A stretch of 25,607 nucleotides of DNA from a virus (IMGVR_UViG_3300002301_000060:1-25607); one strand, 5' to 3'; counted from the first letter of the stretch, positions 6,849-16,536 are shown. Numbers and translations are program-made. Notes: generated from the letters alone by a model not told the origin.

Positions 6849-9839
6849 ATGGCTAACTCCTCAGTAACCGTATCGGGTATAAGTGATTCTGACCTTGCAG
6901 CCCTGCAACGCGCAGGTATGGACGGTGGATTCACTACTCCTTCAATTGATGATATGCGTTACGCTACTCAAGTAGCTCCTGCGTATACTCCAGCTGCTAC
7001 TCCTTCCTTCATGGAAACATTGCCTACTCTTGATGAAGCGAGCAATTACCTCGCTAACTTACCTGCACAGGCGCAACGCCTACTCACCAATCCCGCCGCG
7101 TTTACTGAGATGCTAACGGGTAATAATCCGCTCCCTGAGCAGGCTGGCTTTGCTGCCTCGGCTACTGGGTTGCCTGCTCAAAACCCAAACTCCTTGTTTA
7201 CCCCTGCGGGCATGGCGTATAACACGGGTTATGAATCGGGCGAGCCTGTCTCAATCGCCGCGATGGGCGTGCCTGCCCTCGCGCCCGCTGGTCGCTTCCT
7301 CGGTTCTGCCGCTGCTGACCGCATCATGGCTGGTAAGGCGTTGATTCCTGGTACCAATACCGAATACTTGAACCCGCAGATCATGTCTGCTGTCAAGAAC
7401 AAAGGTGGTAACTGGGCGCAGAACTCAGTCAACCGTTTTGATGCCCTCAAGTATCCTATTCAAAACGTCGGTAACAGCAAGTTTGACTTCATACGTGACA
7501 ACACAAACCCCGCAAAGGTAGCCGAGCACATTGCAGAACTTCAGAAGGTGGGTTACTCACCTGAGCAGATTCGAGAAGTGCAAAATGAGATAGCGATCAA
7601 CAAGTGGGTAGATTCAAAGATTAAGCCGTACATCCGTAATGAAATGGGGACGCCGACTGATCCAGTACTCGCACTGCATGAGCAAGGTATAAGTCATATA
7701 CCTGACATTGGCACTGAGCATTTTGATCCAATCTACTGGATAAAAGAACAGCGTCAAAAAGCAGGTATGCCTGAATCAGGATTCGCAAAGTCACCTCAAG
7801 CAAAAGACTGGGAAAACCGAGCAGACCAATCAATAAAAAATACTCCCGCTCAATTTATTGCTCCTGGCTCAAACAATTACAGCGCAGACCTCGGAGTATT
7901 AGCAGGTAAGAACCCCGACGCTACAGTGCATGAATTGAGCACCAATGCTCGCCGACTCGGTTTTGAGCACTTAACCGATGAACTCAAGAACGCAATCGCT
8001 CACAACTCCGACCTACCTGCTCACCTACGCTTGAAGCCTGAAACACTGGACAAGATGACCGTGCCGCATGCCGTCAAGCACGTAGCAAAGATCAACAAGT
8101 ACCGCGCTGAGCAGATGGCTCAAGCTGCAAAAGAGGGTCTCAAAGATTTTCCAATAGTGCATGAGGGTGGCGATGGATTCAAGATTCATGAGTTGAAATT
8201 ACCTACACATTTACGTGAACTTGATGAAGGTCATCAACTTGTTCCTTTTACGAATGAATACGGTAAACCTGTTCACAATATAATTGATAAAAACACTGGT
8301 AAACAACTTGTAGATACGACTAAAGAAGCCTACCATGCAATAGAGCAATATAGTCATAAAAAGAATTACGAACAACTCGACAAAGCCCTCAAGAACGAAG
8401 GTGAGCAGATGGGTCACTGCGTAGGTGGTTATACTGATTCCGTAGCGAGGGGAGACTCCCGTATATTCTCATTACGTGATGACAAAGGTGGAGCGCATGC
8501 TACCGTAGAGGCAACTCCTAGTCGGCAAACTTACAATCCCGCTTTAATTCCTGATGAAGTAAAAGCGAAGATTGATAAAAAGGCTTATGACGAAACGGTC
8601 AAGGCAGGTTACCCAAAAGACTCTATGGGTTGGCATAATCACTACACTGGCGTACAGATTCAAGAAGGTGAGAAGTACTTCAAGAATAATCCCATGCTTA
8701 ATATCCAGCAAATCAAAGGTAAAGGTAACGGAGCAGTAAGCGATAAGTACCGTAACTATATCAAGAACTGGCTCAATAAAGAAGCAGATAAGATTGGTCA
8801 GGCTCAAGACTTAGACAACATTGGCGTAATTGATTTGAAAAACGGAATCATACGTCGTGAGAACCTAGACCCAAAGATTATCAAAGCTCTTGAGTCAGGC
8901 GAGCTAAAGCGATTTGCGTCTGATGATGAAGTGCGCGACGTCATGAATAAGCCAAACAGGGAACAAAACCTCGCAAAGTTTCTTGAGCCTAGTGTTGATA
9001 AAAATATTTGGTATCACACTTCAAATAATCCTGAAATTGCTAATAGCACAATTAAACCTAATGTACCTAATATGGGTGAACATTCTAGTATCAGCCTAAC
9101 TGCGACTCCAGAGTCTGCTAGCAGTTTTGATCCTAAATTTAAATCTTTTGAGAAAAATCCAGAGCATGTTGAGAATAAAGCAATTTATCCCGTACATGTT
9201 CAAGTTAAAAAACCTTTTGATTATAACAACCCTAAGCATTTCAGAGAATTAGAAAACTACTTTTATAACAATTACAATGAAATTGATACAGATCAATTTA
9301 TAGATGAACTCAAATATTTTAAACACCAAATAAAGAGGAATCCTGAATTAGATACATGGGAAACTATGGAATCTTACCCTGTTCAAAAAGCAATACGGGA
9401 TTTAGGATATGATGGATTTTATGCTCAAGAAGATAGAAATAAAAATTTAGCGGTGTTTAGTTCAAATCAAATTAAATCTAAACACGGTAATGAAGGAACA
9501 TATGATGTAAAAAATCATTTGATGCATAAGAAAACAGGTGGTAGAGTCAAAATGGCAGAAGGTGGCGAGCCGCCGAAGTTAACTCCATTCGAACAATTTA
9601 AAATAGACAACGCAGAGCGCATACGTCAAGGGCAGGAAGATATCGCCAACCGCAATAAATACAATCCCTACAAAGGTAGTGATAGACCTGTACCGACCTC
9701 AAAAGGAATGTCAGGTGGAGCGGGTTATGTTCCTGGTACAACGAATCCATTTAACCCTGACAGCCCCCTGAATCGTAAAAATGGAGGTAAAATTCCGTCA
9801 ATAGACGAAATGCGCCTCACAATACTTAGGAATAAATAA
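6849..9839 (+). CDS. Large polyvalent-type protein with PcfJ-like and ADP-ribosyltransferase (ART-PolyVal)-like domains; candidate injected protein
   Basis: ALKNEGEQMGHCVGGY..RIFSLRD..HATVE..IQQIKGKGN (PcfJ-like); WYHTS..ISLT..ASSF..IYPVHVQVKKPFDY..LGYDG..AVFSSNQIKS..GTYD (ART-like); C-terminal KxGG motifs. Confidence 0.65.
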   Translation: MANSSVTVSGISDSDLAALQRAGMDGGFTTPSIDDMRYATQVAPAYTPAATPSFMETLPTLDEASNYLANLPAQAQRLLTNPAAFTEMLTGNNPLPEQAGFAASATGLPAQNPNSLFTPAGMAYNTGYESGEPVSIAAMGVPALAPAGRFLGSAAADRIMAGKALIPGTNTEYLNPQIMSAVKNKGGNWAQNSVNRFDALKYPIQNVGNSKFDFIRDNTNPAKVAEHIAELQKVGYSPEQIREVQNEIAINKWVDSKIKPYIRNEMGTPTDPVLALHEQGISHIPDIGTEHFDPIYWIKEQRQKAGMPESGFAKSPQAKDWENRADQSIKNTPAQFIAPGSNNYSADLGVLAGKNPDATVHELSTNARRLGFEHLTDELKNAIAHNSDLPAHLRLKPETLDKMTVPHAVKHVAKINKYRAEQMAQAAKEGLKDFPIVHEGGDGFKIHELKLPTHLRELDEGHQLVPFTNEYGKPVHNIIDKNTGKQLVDTTKEAYHAIEQYSHKKNYEQLDKALKNEGEQMGHCVGGYTDSVARGDSRIFSLRDDKGGAHATVEATPSRQTYNPALIPDEVKAKIDKKAYDETVKAGYPKDSMGWHNHYTGVQIQEGEKYFKNNPMLNIQQIKGKGNGAVSDKYRNYIKNWLNKEADKIGQAQDLDNIGVIDLKNGIIRRENLDPKIIKALESGELKRFASDDEVRDVMNKPNREQNLAKFLEPSVDKNIWYHTSNNPEIANSTIKPNVPNMGEHSSISLTATPESASSFDPKFKSFEKNPEHVENKAIYPVHVQVKKPFDYNNPKHFRELENYFYNNYNEIDTDQFIDELKYFKHQIKRNPELDTWETMESYPVQKAIRDLGYDGFYAQEDRNKNLAVFSSNQIKSKHGNEGTYDVKNHLMHKKTGGRVKMAEGGEPPKLTPFEQFKIDNAERIRQGQEDIANRNKYNPYKGSDRPVPTSKGMSGGAGYVPGTTNPFNPDSPLNRKNGGKIPSIDEMRLTILRNK

Positions 9840-12448
9840 TGCCTGAAATGCCGATTGACCCAGAATACGGAAGACATGTTGCTCCTTTGAGCGGTGAGGA
9901 ATTCACAAATGATGAAGATGAAAAATCAATATTTGACATTCCTGAGGAAGAATCCGAGGTAGAAGAGTTAGAAGACGGCAGCGCTATTGTTCGCTTGAAT
10001 ACAAAAGGACCCGATGAGTCCCCAGATTTCTACGAGAACCTAGCTGATACTTTAAACTCATGGGACATGAGCAGCATTGGTTTAAAGTATTTAGATTTAA
10101 TCGAGAAAGATAAAGAAGCTCGTGAAGATCGAGACAAACAGTATGAAGAAGGATTGCGTCGCACAGGCTTAGGACATGATGCTCCTGGTGGTGCTCAATT
10201 CATGGGTGCGAGTAAGGTTGTTCACCCAGTTATGGCAGAATCTTGCGTGGACTTTTCTGCTCGTGCAATTAAAGAATTGTTTCCACCTGACGGACCAGTA
10301 CGTACAAAAATTATTGGTGAGGCAAATGAGAAAAAGACTCAACGTGCTGAGCGTAAACGTGATTATATGAACTGGCAACTCACGGAGCAGATCCCTGAGT
10401 TTAGAGATGAAGAAGAACAATTAACCTCACAGTTACCGCTCGGTGGTAGTCAATATCTCAAGATGTGGCACGATGCGCAGCAAAAACGTCCGCGCGCTGA
10501 GTTCGTCCCGATTGATAATATTTACCTTCCGTTTGCCGCTGGTAACTTCTACACTGCCCAACGAGTAACCGAAGTACAAGACATAACTCAAGAAGAATAT
10601 GAGTTACGCGTATCAGCTGGATTGTACATTGACACTGATATATTTAGAGCAAGTCAAGAGCCAGAAGAAAGTAAAGCTGAAAAAGCAAACAACAAGATTG
10701 AAGGTCGTAAGTCTCAAGCTGACAATATTGACGGTATTCGTAGAGTATTCCACATTAGTACATGGTTAGAACTCGAAGAAGATTCATTCAGCAAAGGTGA
10801 ACGCGCCCCCTATATTCTGATGATTGATGAGAATGAGCGCACAGTAGTTGGACTCTACCGTAACTGGGAGGATGGAGATGATACCCTCACTAAGTTGGAC
10901 TGGATTATTGAGTTTAAATTCATACCTTGGCGTGGTGCTTACGCTATTGGTTTACCTCATCTTATCGGTGGGCTTAGTGCTGCTCTTACTGGTGCTCTCC
11001 GCGCGTTGCTCGACTCCGCCCACATCAATACCGCTCCCACAATGCTCAAACTCAAGGGTGCGAAAATCAGCGGTCAATCTACAACCATCGAACCTACGCA
11101 AGTATCTGAGATCGAAGGAGCGCCAGGAGTAGACGACATTCGTAAGATTGCAATGCCTGTGCCTTTCAATCAACCTAGCCCTGTTTTATTTCAGCTGCTT
11201 GGTTGGTTAGATGCCGCTGCTAAGGGCGTCGTCTCCACAAGTGAAGAAAAGATTGCTGACGCAAGTAACAACATGCCCGTCGGCACTGCTCAGGCGTTGA
11301 TTGAGCAGGGAGCAGTAGTGTTTAGCTCCGTTCATGCGCGACTCCACGAGTCACAGAAGAAAGTTCTGATGATCCTCGCTCGCTTGAACCGCTGGTACAT
11401 GGACGAGTATTCCAAAAATGACATGGCTATTGAGTTAGGAGTCACAAAAGATGACTTTGAGCGTAATACCGACATCATTCCTGTTTCTGACCCGCACATT
11501 TTTGCTGAGTCACAGCGGTATGCTCAAATTCAAACCCTCGCAGCTCGCGCTCAGGCTAATCCTGACCTTTACAACCGTCTAGAAGTTGAGAAGCGCATCC
11601 TCAAACAGATCAAGATTCCTGACGTCAACGGCGTATTACCTGATCCACATGAAGTAGAAGACATGAACCCAGCGTTAGAAAATGTATCTATGACGCTCGG
11701 TAAACCCGTCGGTGCATTTCCCGCTCAAGACCATATTGCTCACTTCTTGTCTCATTTAAATTATGCTCAAGATCCTGTGTTTGGTTCTAACCCTATTGTG
11801 GCTCCTTCATTTATTCCTGCTTGCCTTGAACATTTGAAGCAGCATTTGACTCTCTGGTATCTTAAGCAGTGTGACGGCTATACCAGTGCTGCACTCGGTA
11901 AGCATTTTGACGTGCTCAAAGTTCAACCAATCATGGCTGAGGCACAAAAACTACTCGCCGCTTCTACTGAGCATGTGCACGCTGACTCTCAGCAGCAACT
12001 GTCGGACGTGACAAAAGGCATTGGTCAAATGCTCCAGATGCTCAAGAACCTGCAACAGCAACCACAAATGCCTACTGACCCGAACGTCATGGCGCAGGTT
12101 AAGGTTATGGGTGATGCAGCAATGGCAGAAACTAATCGTAAGGCTGCCTATGACAAAGCAGACCTAGAACTCAAAGCGCAAAAGCAGAATCAAGACGCTC
12201 AAGAGAAGGAAGCTAGCATCGTAAGTACTCAGCAGATTGAAACTGCTAAGCTAACTAACGACGCAGCAACAATGACAATTGAAAAACAATTCGAAGCTAA
12301 ACAGGCAGAAGCCGAAAGAGCGCATCAAGCTCAATTAGCAAATCAAGAACACCTGCAAGCTATGCAGCAGGCGGAGCAACAAGCTCAACAAGCAGCAATC
12401 CAACAGCAAGCAGTAACTCAACAACCTCAAGGAGAATCAAATGTCTGA
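9839..12448 (+). CDS. Portal protein (P22-like) with Gln-rich coiled-coil C-terminus
   Basis: 869 aa; HPVMAESCVDF, RDYMNWQL, LPLGGSQYLK, ALRALLDSA; Gln/Ala-rich helical tail; located between terL and scaffold. Confidence 0.88.
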   Translation: MPEMPIDPEYGRHVAPLSGEEFTNDEDEKSIFDIPEEESEVEELEDGSAIVRLNTKGPDESPDFYENLADTLNSWDMSSIGLKYLDLIEKDKEAREDRDKQYEEGLRRTGLGHDAPGGAQFMGASKVVHPVMAESCVDFSARAIKELFPPDGPVRTKIIGEANEKKTQRAERKRDYMNWQLTEQIPEFRDEEEQLTSQLPLGGSQYLKMWHDAQQKRPRAEFVPIDNIYLPFAAGNFYTAQRVTEVQDITQEEYELRVSAGLYIDTDIFRASQEPEESKAEKANNKIEGRKSQADNIDGIRRVFHISTWLELEEDSFSKGERAPYILMIDENERTVVGLYRNWEDGDDTLTKLDWIIEFKFIPWRGAYAIGLPHLIGGLSAALTGALRALLDSAHINTAPTMLKLKGAKISGQSTTIEPTQVSEIEGAPGVDDIRKIAMPVPFNQPSPVLFQLLGWLDAAAKGVVSTSEEKIADASNNMPVGTAQALIEQGAVVFSSVHARLHESQKKVLMILARLNRWYMDEYSKNDMAIELGVTKDDFERNTDIIPVSDPHIFAESQRYAQIQTLAARAQANPDLYNRLEVEKRILKQIKIPDVNGVLPDPHEVEDMNPALENVSMTLGKPVGAFPAQDHIAHFLSHLNYAQDPVFGSNPIVAPSFIPACLEHLKQHLTLWYLKQCDGYTSAALGKHFDVLKVQPIMAEAQKLLAASTEHVHADSQQQLSDVTKGIGQMLQMLKNLQQQPQMPTDPNVMAQVKVMGDAAMAETNRKAAYDKADLELKAQKQNQDAQEKEASIVSTQQIETAKLTNDAATMTIEKQFEAKQAEAERAHQAQLANQEHLQAMQQAEQQAQQAAIQQQAVTQQPQGESNV

Positions 12449-12665
12449 AGCAATCAACGCCCATAAGAAAATGGCAATGGGAGTTACCGAAGGTAACGTA
12501 ATGAAAAAAGGCGGTAAGGTAAAGAAGTATGCCAATGGTGGCGCTGTAGCTGAATCTAAGGTAGCAAATCTACCCGCTAAAGGTTCTCCACTAAAACCTA
12601 ACATGACCACTGGTAAGGCTAAAATTGCTACAATGAAAAGAGGCGGTGCTGCACGTGGGCGTTAA
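12441..12665 (+). CDS. Small basic protein with three x[KA]xGG motifs
   Basis: SD AAGGAG; MKKGGKV, YANGGAV, MKRGGAA. Confidence 0.8.
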   Translation: MSEAINAHKKMAMGVTEGNVMKKGGKVKKYANGGAVAESKVANLPAKGSPLKPNMTTGKAKIATMKRGGAARGR

Positions 12666-12843
12666 TATCGGTGACCTCATCGGCTTGATAAAGAATCGGC
12701 GACTTGAAATCGCCCTTTCCCTAGCTGATGGCGGTGCTATCAATATAGAAAGCTATCATAGATTAGTTGGTCAGAATATGGGACTTGGTGAAGTCTTGAT
12801 TATGATAGATCAATTAATGCAAGAATCAGAAAAGGATTTGTAG
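12646..12843 (+). CDS. Small helical head-module protein (start may be GTG 12655)
   Basis: Fills the gap before groES; YHRLVGQNMGL resembles small proteins found after podoviral portals. Confidence 0.65.
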   Translation: MLHVGVNIGDLIGLIKNRRLEIALSLADGGAINIESYHRLVGQNMGLGEVLIMIDQLMQESEKDL

Positions 12844-12851
12844 TACAACCC

Positions 12852-12869
12852 GCGCCGCATGGCGCTTTT
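12852..12869 (+). terminator. Weak terminator-like hairpin
   Basis: GCGCC-GCAT-GGCGC followed by TTTT. Confidence 0.35.
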
Positions 12870-12883
12870 AATAGGAGAGTCGT

Positions 12884-13306
12884 ATGACTTTTGATGTAGA
12901 GCAGACGTTAGATGAAGCATTTCCTCAAGTTGATCCCATGATCAAACCTCTAGGGGCACGTATATTAGTTCAATTACGCGCCGTCAAAGAGAAAATATCT
13001 AGTGCGGGAATCCTCCTGCCTGAAGAAACCAAAGAAACTGAAAAGTGGAATACCCAAGTCGGCAAGGTACTAGCCGTGGGTCCAATCGCATTTAAAAAAC
13101 GCGACAGTAATGAAGACTGGCCAGAAGGTGCATGGTGCGAAGTCGGTGATTACGTTCGTGTTATTAAGTGGGGCGGGGACAGATGGGAAGTAGACTACAC
13201 AGATGAAAATGGTCTCAAAGGTAAAGCACTGTTTACGTTCTTTAATGATCATGAACTAATCGGCAAGATAACGGGAGATCCCCGTGCTATCAAAGCCTTC
13301 ATTTAA
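12884..13306 (+). CDS. groES: Co-chaperonin GroES-like protein
   Basis: IKPLGARILVQ..SAGILLPE..GKVLAVGP..EVGDYV..ND.ELIG; SD AGGAG. Confidence 0.88.
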   Translation: MTFDVEQTLDEAFPQVDPMIKPLGARILVQLRAVKEKISSAGILLPEETKETEKWNTQVGKVLAVGPIAFKKRDSNEDWPEGAWCEVGDYVRVIKWGGDRWEVDYTDENGLKGKALFTFFNDHELIGKITGDPRAIKAFI

Positions 13307-13326
13307 GTTTTGAAAGGAAAACTAGT

Positions 13327-14283
13327 ATGAATCCAACTGATAAGATGGAAGCGCAACTCGCAGTAGAAGAATTACAAGATGGTGGTGCAGCGGTATTACT
13401 ACCTGAAGGTGAAGATAATCCACAAGACGTAAAAGCGGATGACAATAACGATGATAACGCTAATGATGGTGATAATTCTGCCGATGCTGAAGAACGAGAG
13501 AAAATTCGGGAAGCCCGTCGGGAAGAACGCCGCCTCAAAAAGCAATTACACAGAGAAAAAGCAAAAGAATCTAGCTCTCTGATTAATGCACTCAAAAAGC
13601 AGAATGAAGCACTGGCGAATCGCCTAGCGGCTGTTGAAAAGAAGACCTCAGGAGCAGAATTAGCTCGCGTTGATAAGGCAATCGAAGACGCTGGCGTTCA
13701 AGTTGAGTATGCAAAGATGAAACTTACCGAGGCAGTCAGTCAAAATGACGGTCAAGGCGTAACACGTGCTCAAGAACTATGGTACGAAGCCAAGCGCAAA
13801 CTAGAATCCCTAGAAAACGTAAAGCAGAACGCCACTCGTCAGATGACTCAACCCCAGCAGCAAAACATTCAAGTACCTGACCCTATGGTGCAGAAGATGG
13901 CAGCTGATTGGATGGAAGATAATCCATGGTACGATCCGCACGGTAATAACGAAGAATCTCAAATGGCTCAAATCATTGACAAAAAGTTGACAGATGAAGG
14001 ATATGATCCCTCAAGTGAAGACTACTGGGAAGAATTAAGTGACCGTATGGCTCGTTATATACCGAAGCAAAGTTCAACAGCAAAACAAACTGCTCGTCCA
14101 AGGTCAGTAATGACTAGTTCAGGTAGGGAGTCTACTGCGACTACAAAATCCAATGAATTTAGGATTAGTCCGGAGCGTGTTGCAGCAATGAAAGAGGCAG
14201 GTGCTTGGGATAATCCTGAGGCTCGCCAGAAAATGATCAAGCGTTTCGCTGATTATGACCGTCAACAAAAGAATAGAGGTTAA
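13327..14283 (+). CDS. Putative capsid scaffolding protein
   Basis: Acidic N-terminus, long coiled coil, W..DNPWY motif, short C-terminal helix pair; located between portal and capsid. Confidence 0.7.
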   Translation: MNPTDKMEAQLAVEELQDGGAAVLLPEGEDNPQDVKADDNNDDNANDGDNSADAEEREKIREARREERRLKKQLHREKAKESSSLINALKKQNEALANRLAAVEKKTSGAELARVDKAIEDAGVQVEYAKMKLTEAVSQNDGQGVTRAQELWYEAKRKLESLENVKQNATRQMTQPQQQNIQVPDPMVQKMAADWMEDNPWYDPHGNNEESQMAQIIDKKLTDEGYDPSSEDYWEELSDRMARYIPKQSSTAKQTARPRSVMTSSGRESTATTKSNEFRISPERVAAMKEAGAWDNPEARQKMIKRFADYDRQQKNRG

Positions 14284-14285
14284 TT

Positions 14286-14822
14286 ATGACTGACAATCGT
14301 TTAAAAAAGAATACAACCGCAGGTCGTGAGAGTCGCGGTGGTGATGATACACGTGCAAACCCAGCCGATTCAATGGCATCAGCAGAAGAACGCCGTCGTA
14401 TGTTCCGTTCTGAGTGGTTTCAAGAGGCTTTGCCTACTTTGCCTGAGATTCCTGGATTTCACACCTGCTGGCTTTCAACTACAAACCAGTACGACCCAAT
14501 TCATAAGCGTTTAAGAATGGGTTATACCCCTGTAACTCCAGATGACCTGCCCGCAGGTTATGATCACCTTAAGATTAAGTCTGGTGAGCATGAAGGCTTC
14601 ATCGCCGTTAATGAAATGTTAGCTTATAAGATCCCACTCGAAGTCTATCAAGACATTATGCGTGAAATGCACCATGATGCCCCAATGGATGAACAAACAA
14701 AGATCAAAGTTCAGCAGGAACAACTCCTCAACGCTAAGGATTCCAACGGAAAACGCCTTGGTCAAGTTGAAGGTGACGGTATGGATTTTGACCTTAGTCG
14801 TCAAGCTCCTTTGTTTGAGTAA
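14286..14822 (+). CDS. Hypothetical head-module protein
   Basis: 178 aa; PGFHTCW..RLRMGYTPV; coupled to the scaffold gene. Confidence 0.7.
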   Translation: MTDNRLKKNTTAGRESRGGDDTRANPADSMASAEERRRMFRSEWFQEALPTLPEIPGFHTCWLSTTNQYDPIHKRLRMGYTPVTPDDLPAGYDHLKIKSGEHEGFIAVNEMLAYKIPLEVYQDIMREMHHDAPMDEQTKIKVQQEQLLNAKDSNGKRLGQVEGDGMDFDLSRQAPLFE

Positions 14823-14829
14823 ATAAGTA

Positions 14830-14873
14830 AATTTTGGGGTAGTTAAAAATAAAATTTTAACTATTCCAAAATT
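14830..14873. terminator. 19-bp AT-rich hairpin or inverted repeat (terminator or operator)
   Basis: AATTTTGGGGTAGTTAAAA (14830-14848) pairs with TTTTAACTATTCCAAAATT (14855-14873), 2 G-U pairs. Confidence 0.5.
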
Positions 14874-14884
14874 GAGCTATAATT
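14873..14884 (+). promoter_or_regulatory. Putative capsid-operon promoter TGAGCTATAATT
   Basis: Exact motif copy in the intergenic gap before the decoration and capsid genes. Confidence 0.65.
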
Positions 14885-15029
14885 CCCTTAAATTAAAGTT
14901 GCTTCAGGCAGCTTAGACTAAATTAGAAGTAGATGCACCCTTAAAATCGCGCCCAATGTGATTTTGCCAAGTCGGCTTTGAACAAAGCTAAAAACCAAAA
15001 TCCTATTAATCGTTTTAAGGAGCAATCTT

Positions 15030-15608
15030 ATGTCAGCTATTTCCGCTCCATTTGGCTTGCGCCCTGCATTTTTTCCAACAGGTTTGGAACGTGCACAGGC
15101 ATTAGCGAATGGTATCCCATCGGGCTACGCTTCAAATATTTTGAAGGGTCAACCCGTCGAGTATTACGCAAACAATGGCGTTATTCAACCTGTAACTTCT
15201 ACCGAAGCATTCTCTGGATCTTTCCAAGGCGTCGAGTGGACAGATACTACTGGTCGTCGCCGTGTGTCTAACTATTGGCCAGCAAGCACCACTGCTATCG
15301 CAGGAAGTGTTATCGCTTACTTCTATAACGATCAACAAATCGTTTACGAAATTCAAGCTGATGGTTCAATGGCTCAGACCTCAGTTGGTAATGAGTATAA
15401 CTTTACCAATCTCACCGCTGGTTCTACAACTACTGGTTTGTCCCAATGTACTCTTGGCTCTGCTTCTGCAGTAGGCTCAGGTAACAATGGTCAAATGCGT
15501 GTTGTTGATTTGGCTCCCTATGTTGATAATGCTTGGGGTGATGCGTATACAATCGTTCGTATACAAATCTCTAAACCTCAGTTTATCGCTGTTTCTAACG
15601 CTATCTAA
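15030..15608 (+). CDS. Putative capsid decoration/stabilising protein
   Basis: APFGLRP N-terminus, beta-rich, directly upstream of the capsid gene; SD AAGGAG. Confidence 0.7.
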   Translation: MSAISAPFGLRPAFFPTGLERAQALANGIPSGYASNILKGQPVEYYANNGVIQPVTSTEAFSGSFQGVEWTDTTGRRRVSNYWPASTTAIAGSVIAYFYNDQQIVYEIQADGSMAQTSVGNEYNFTNLTAGSTTTGLSQCTLGSASAVGSGNNGQMRVVDLAPYVDNAWGDAYTIVRIQISKPQFIAVSNAI

Positions 15609-15621
15609 GGAGGACTGAACT

Positions 15622-16536
15622 ATGGCAGCCCCGATGCGCAGTACGGACTTCCGTTCAATAGTTGAGCCAATCCTCAACGAAGCATTTGACGGAGTTTATG
15701 ATCAACGTGCCGATGAATGGTCCACAGTTTTCCGTGAACAAGCAGGCATTCCACGTAACTACCATGAAGAACCAGTATTGTATGGTTTTGGTGCAGCTCC
15801 TCAGTTACCTGATGGCAGCCCAGTAACCTATCAACAAGGTGGTGTGTTATTCTTGCAACGCTATGTTTACCAAGTATTTGGTTTGGCATTCGCTTTGACT
15901 AAGGTTTTAGTCGAAGACGGAGACCACATCCGTATTGGTCAAGTGTATGCTAAGCATTTAGCACAGTCACTCGTTGAAACTAAGGAACTCCTATGTGCGA
16001 ACATTTTGAACCGTGCGTTCAATAGTTCATACACTGGTGGTGACGGCGTTGCATTGAGTTCTTCTGCTCACCCAATCGTTAACGGCACATTTAGCAACTT
16101 GCTAGGTACTGCTGCTAACTTATCCCAGACTTCACTTGAGCAAATGTTGATTCAGGTTCGTCAAGCTGTTGACAACAACGGTAAGAAGATCCGCCTCCAA
16201 CCATTAAAATTGGTTGTGGCTCCTGGCAACGTGTTCCAAGCCGAAGTGTTACTCAAGTCAGTTCTGCGTACTGGTACAGCAAACAACGACATCAACCCAA
16301 TTAAATCAATTGGTTTGTTGCCTGAAGGTGCTTCAGTAATCAGCCGTTTGACTTCTGCGACTAACTGGTGGGTTCAAACAGATGCCCCAGAAGGTATGAA
16401 GTTAATGATGCGTCGTGCTCTTGAGAAAACCATGGAAGGCGACTTTGAAACCGACTCCATGCGTTACAAGGCGACCGAGCGTTATTGGCCAAGCTGGACA
16501 GACCCACGTGCTATGTACGGCACACCTGGAGTCTAA
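15622..16536 (+). CDS. Major capsid protein (HK97 fold, Mu gpT-like family)
   Basis: 304 aa; GFGAAP, NILNRAF..GGDGVAL.S.AHP, P.KLVV.P, MEGDFETDSMRYKATERY..SWTDPR..YG.PG; SD GAGGA; terminator downstream. Confidence 0.92.
   Translation: MAAPMRSTDFRSIVEPILNEAFDGVYDQRADEWSTVFREQAGIPRNYHEEPVLYGFGAAPQLPDGSPVTYQQGGVLFLQRYVYQVFGLAFALTKVLVEDGDHIRIGQVYAKHLAQSLVETKELLCANILNRAFNSSYTGGDGVALSSSAHPIVNGTFSNLLGTAANLSQTSLEQMLIQVRQAVDNNGKKIRLQPLKLVVAPGNVFQAEVLLKSVLRTGTANNDINPIKSIGLLPEGASVISRLTSATNWWVQTDAPEGMKLMMRRALEKTMEGDFETDSMRYKATERYWPSWTDPRAMYGTPGV

Noticed and set aside
14978-15271. 97-aa ORF overlapping the decoration gene
   Set aside because: TTG start without SD; alternative frame of 15030..15608.
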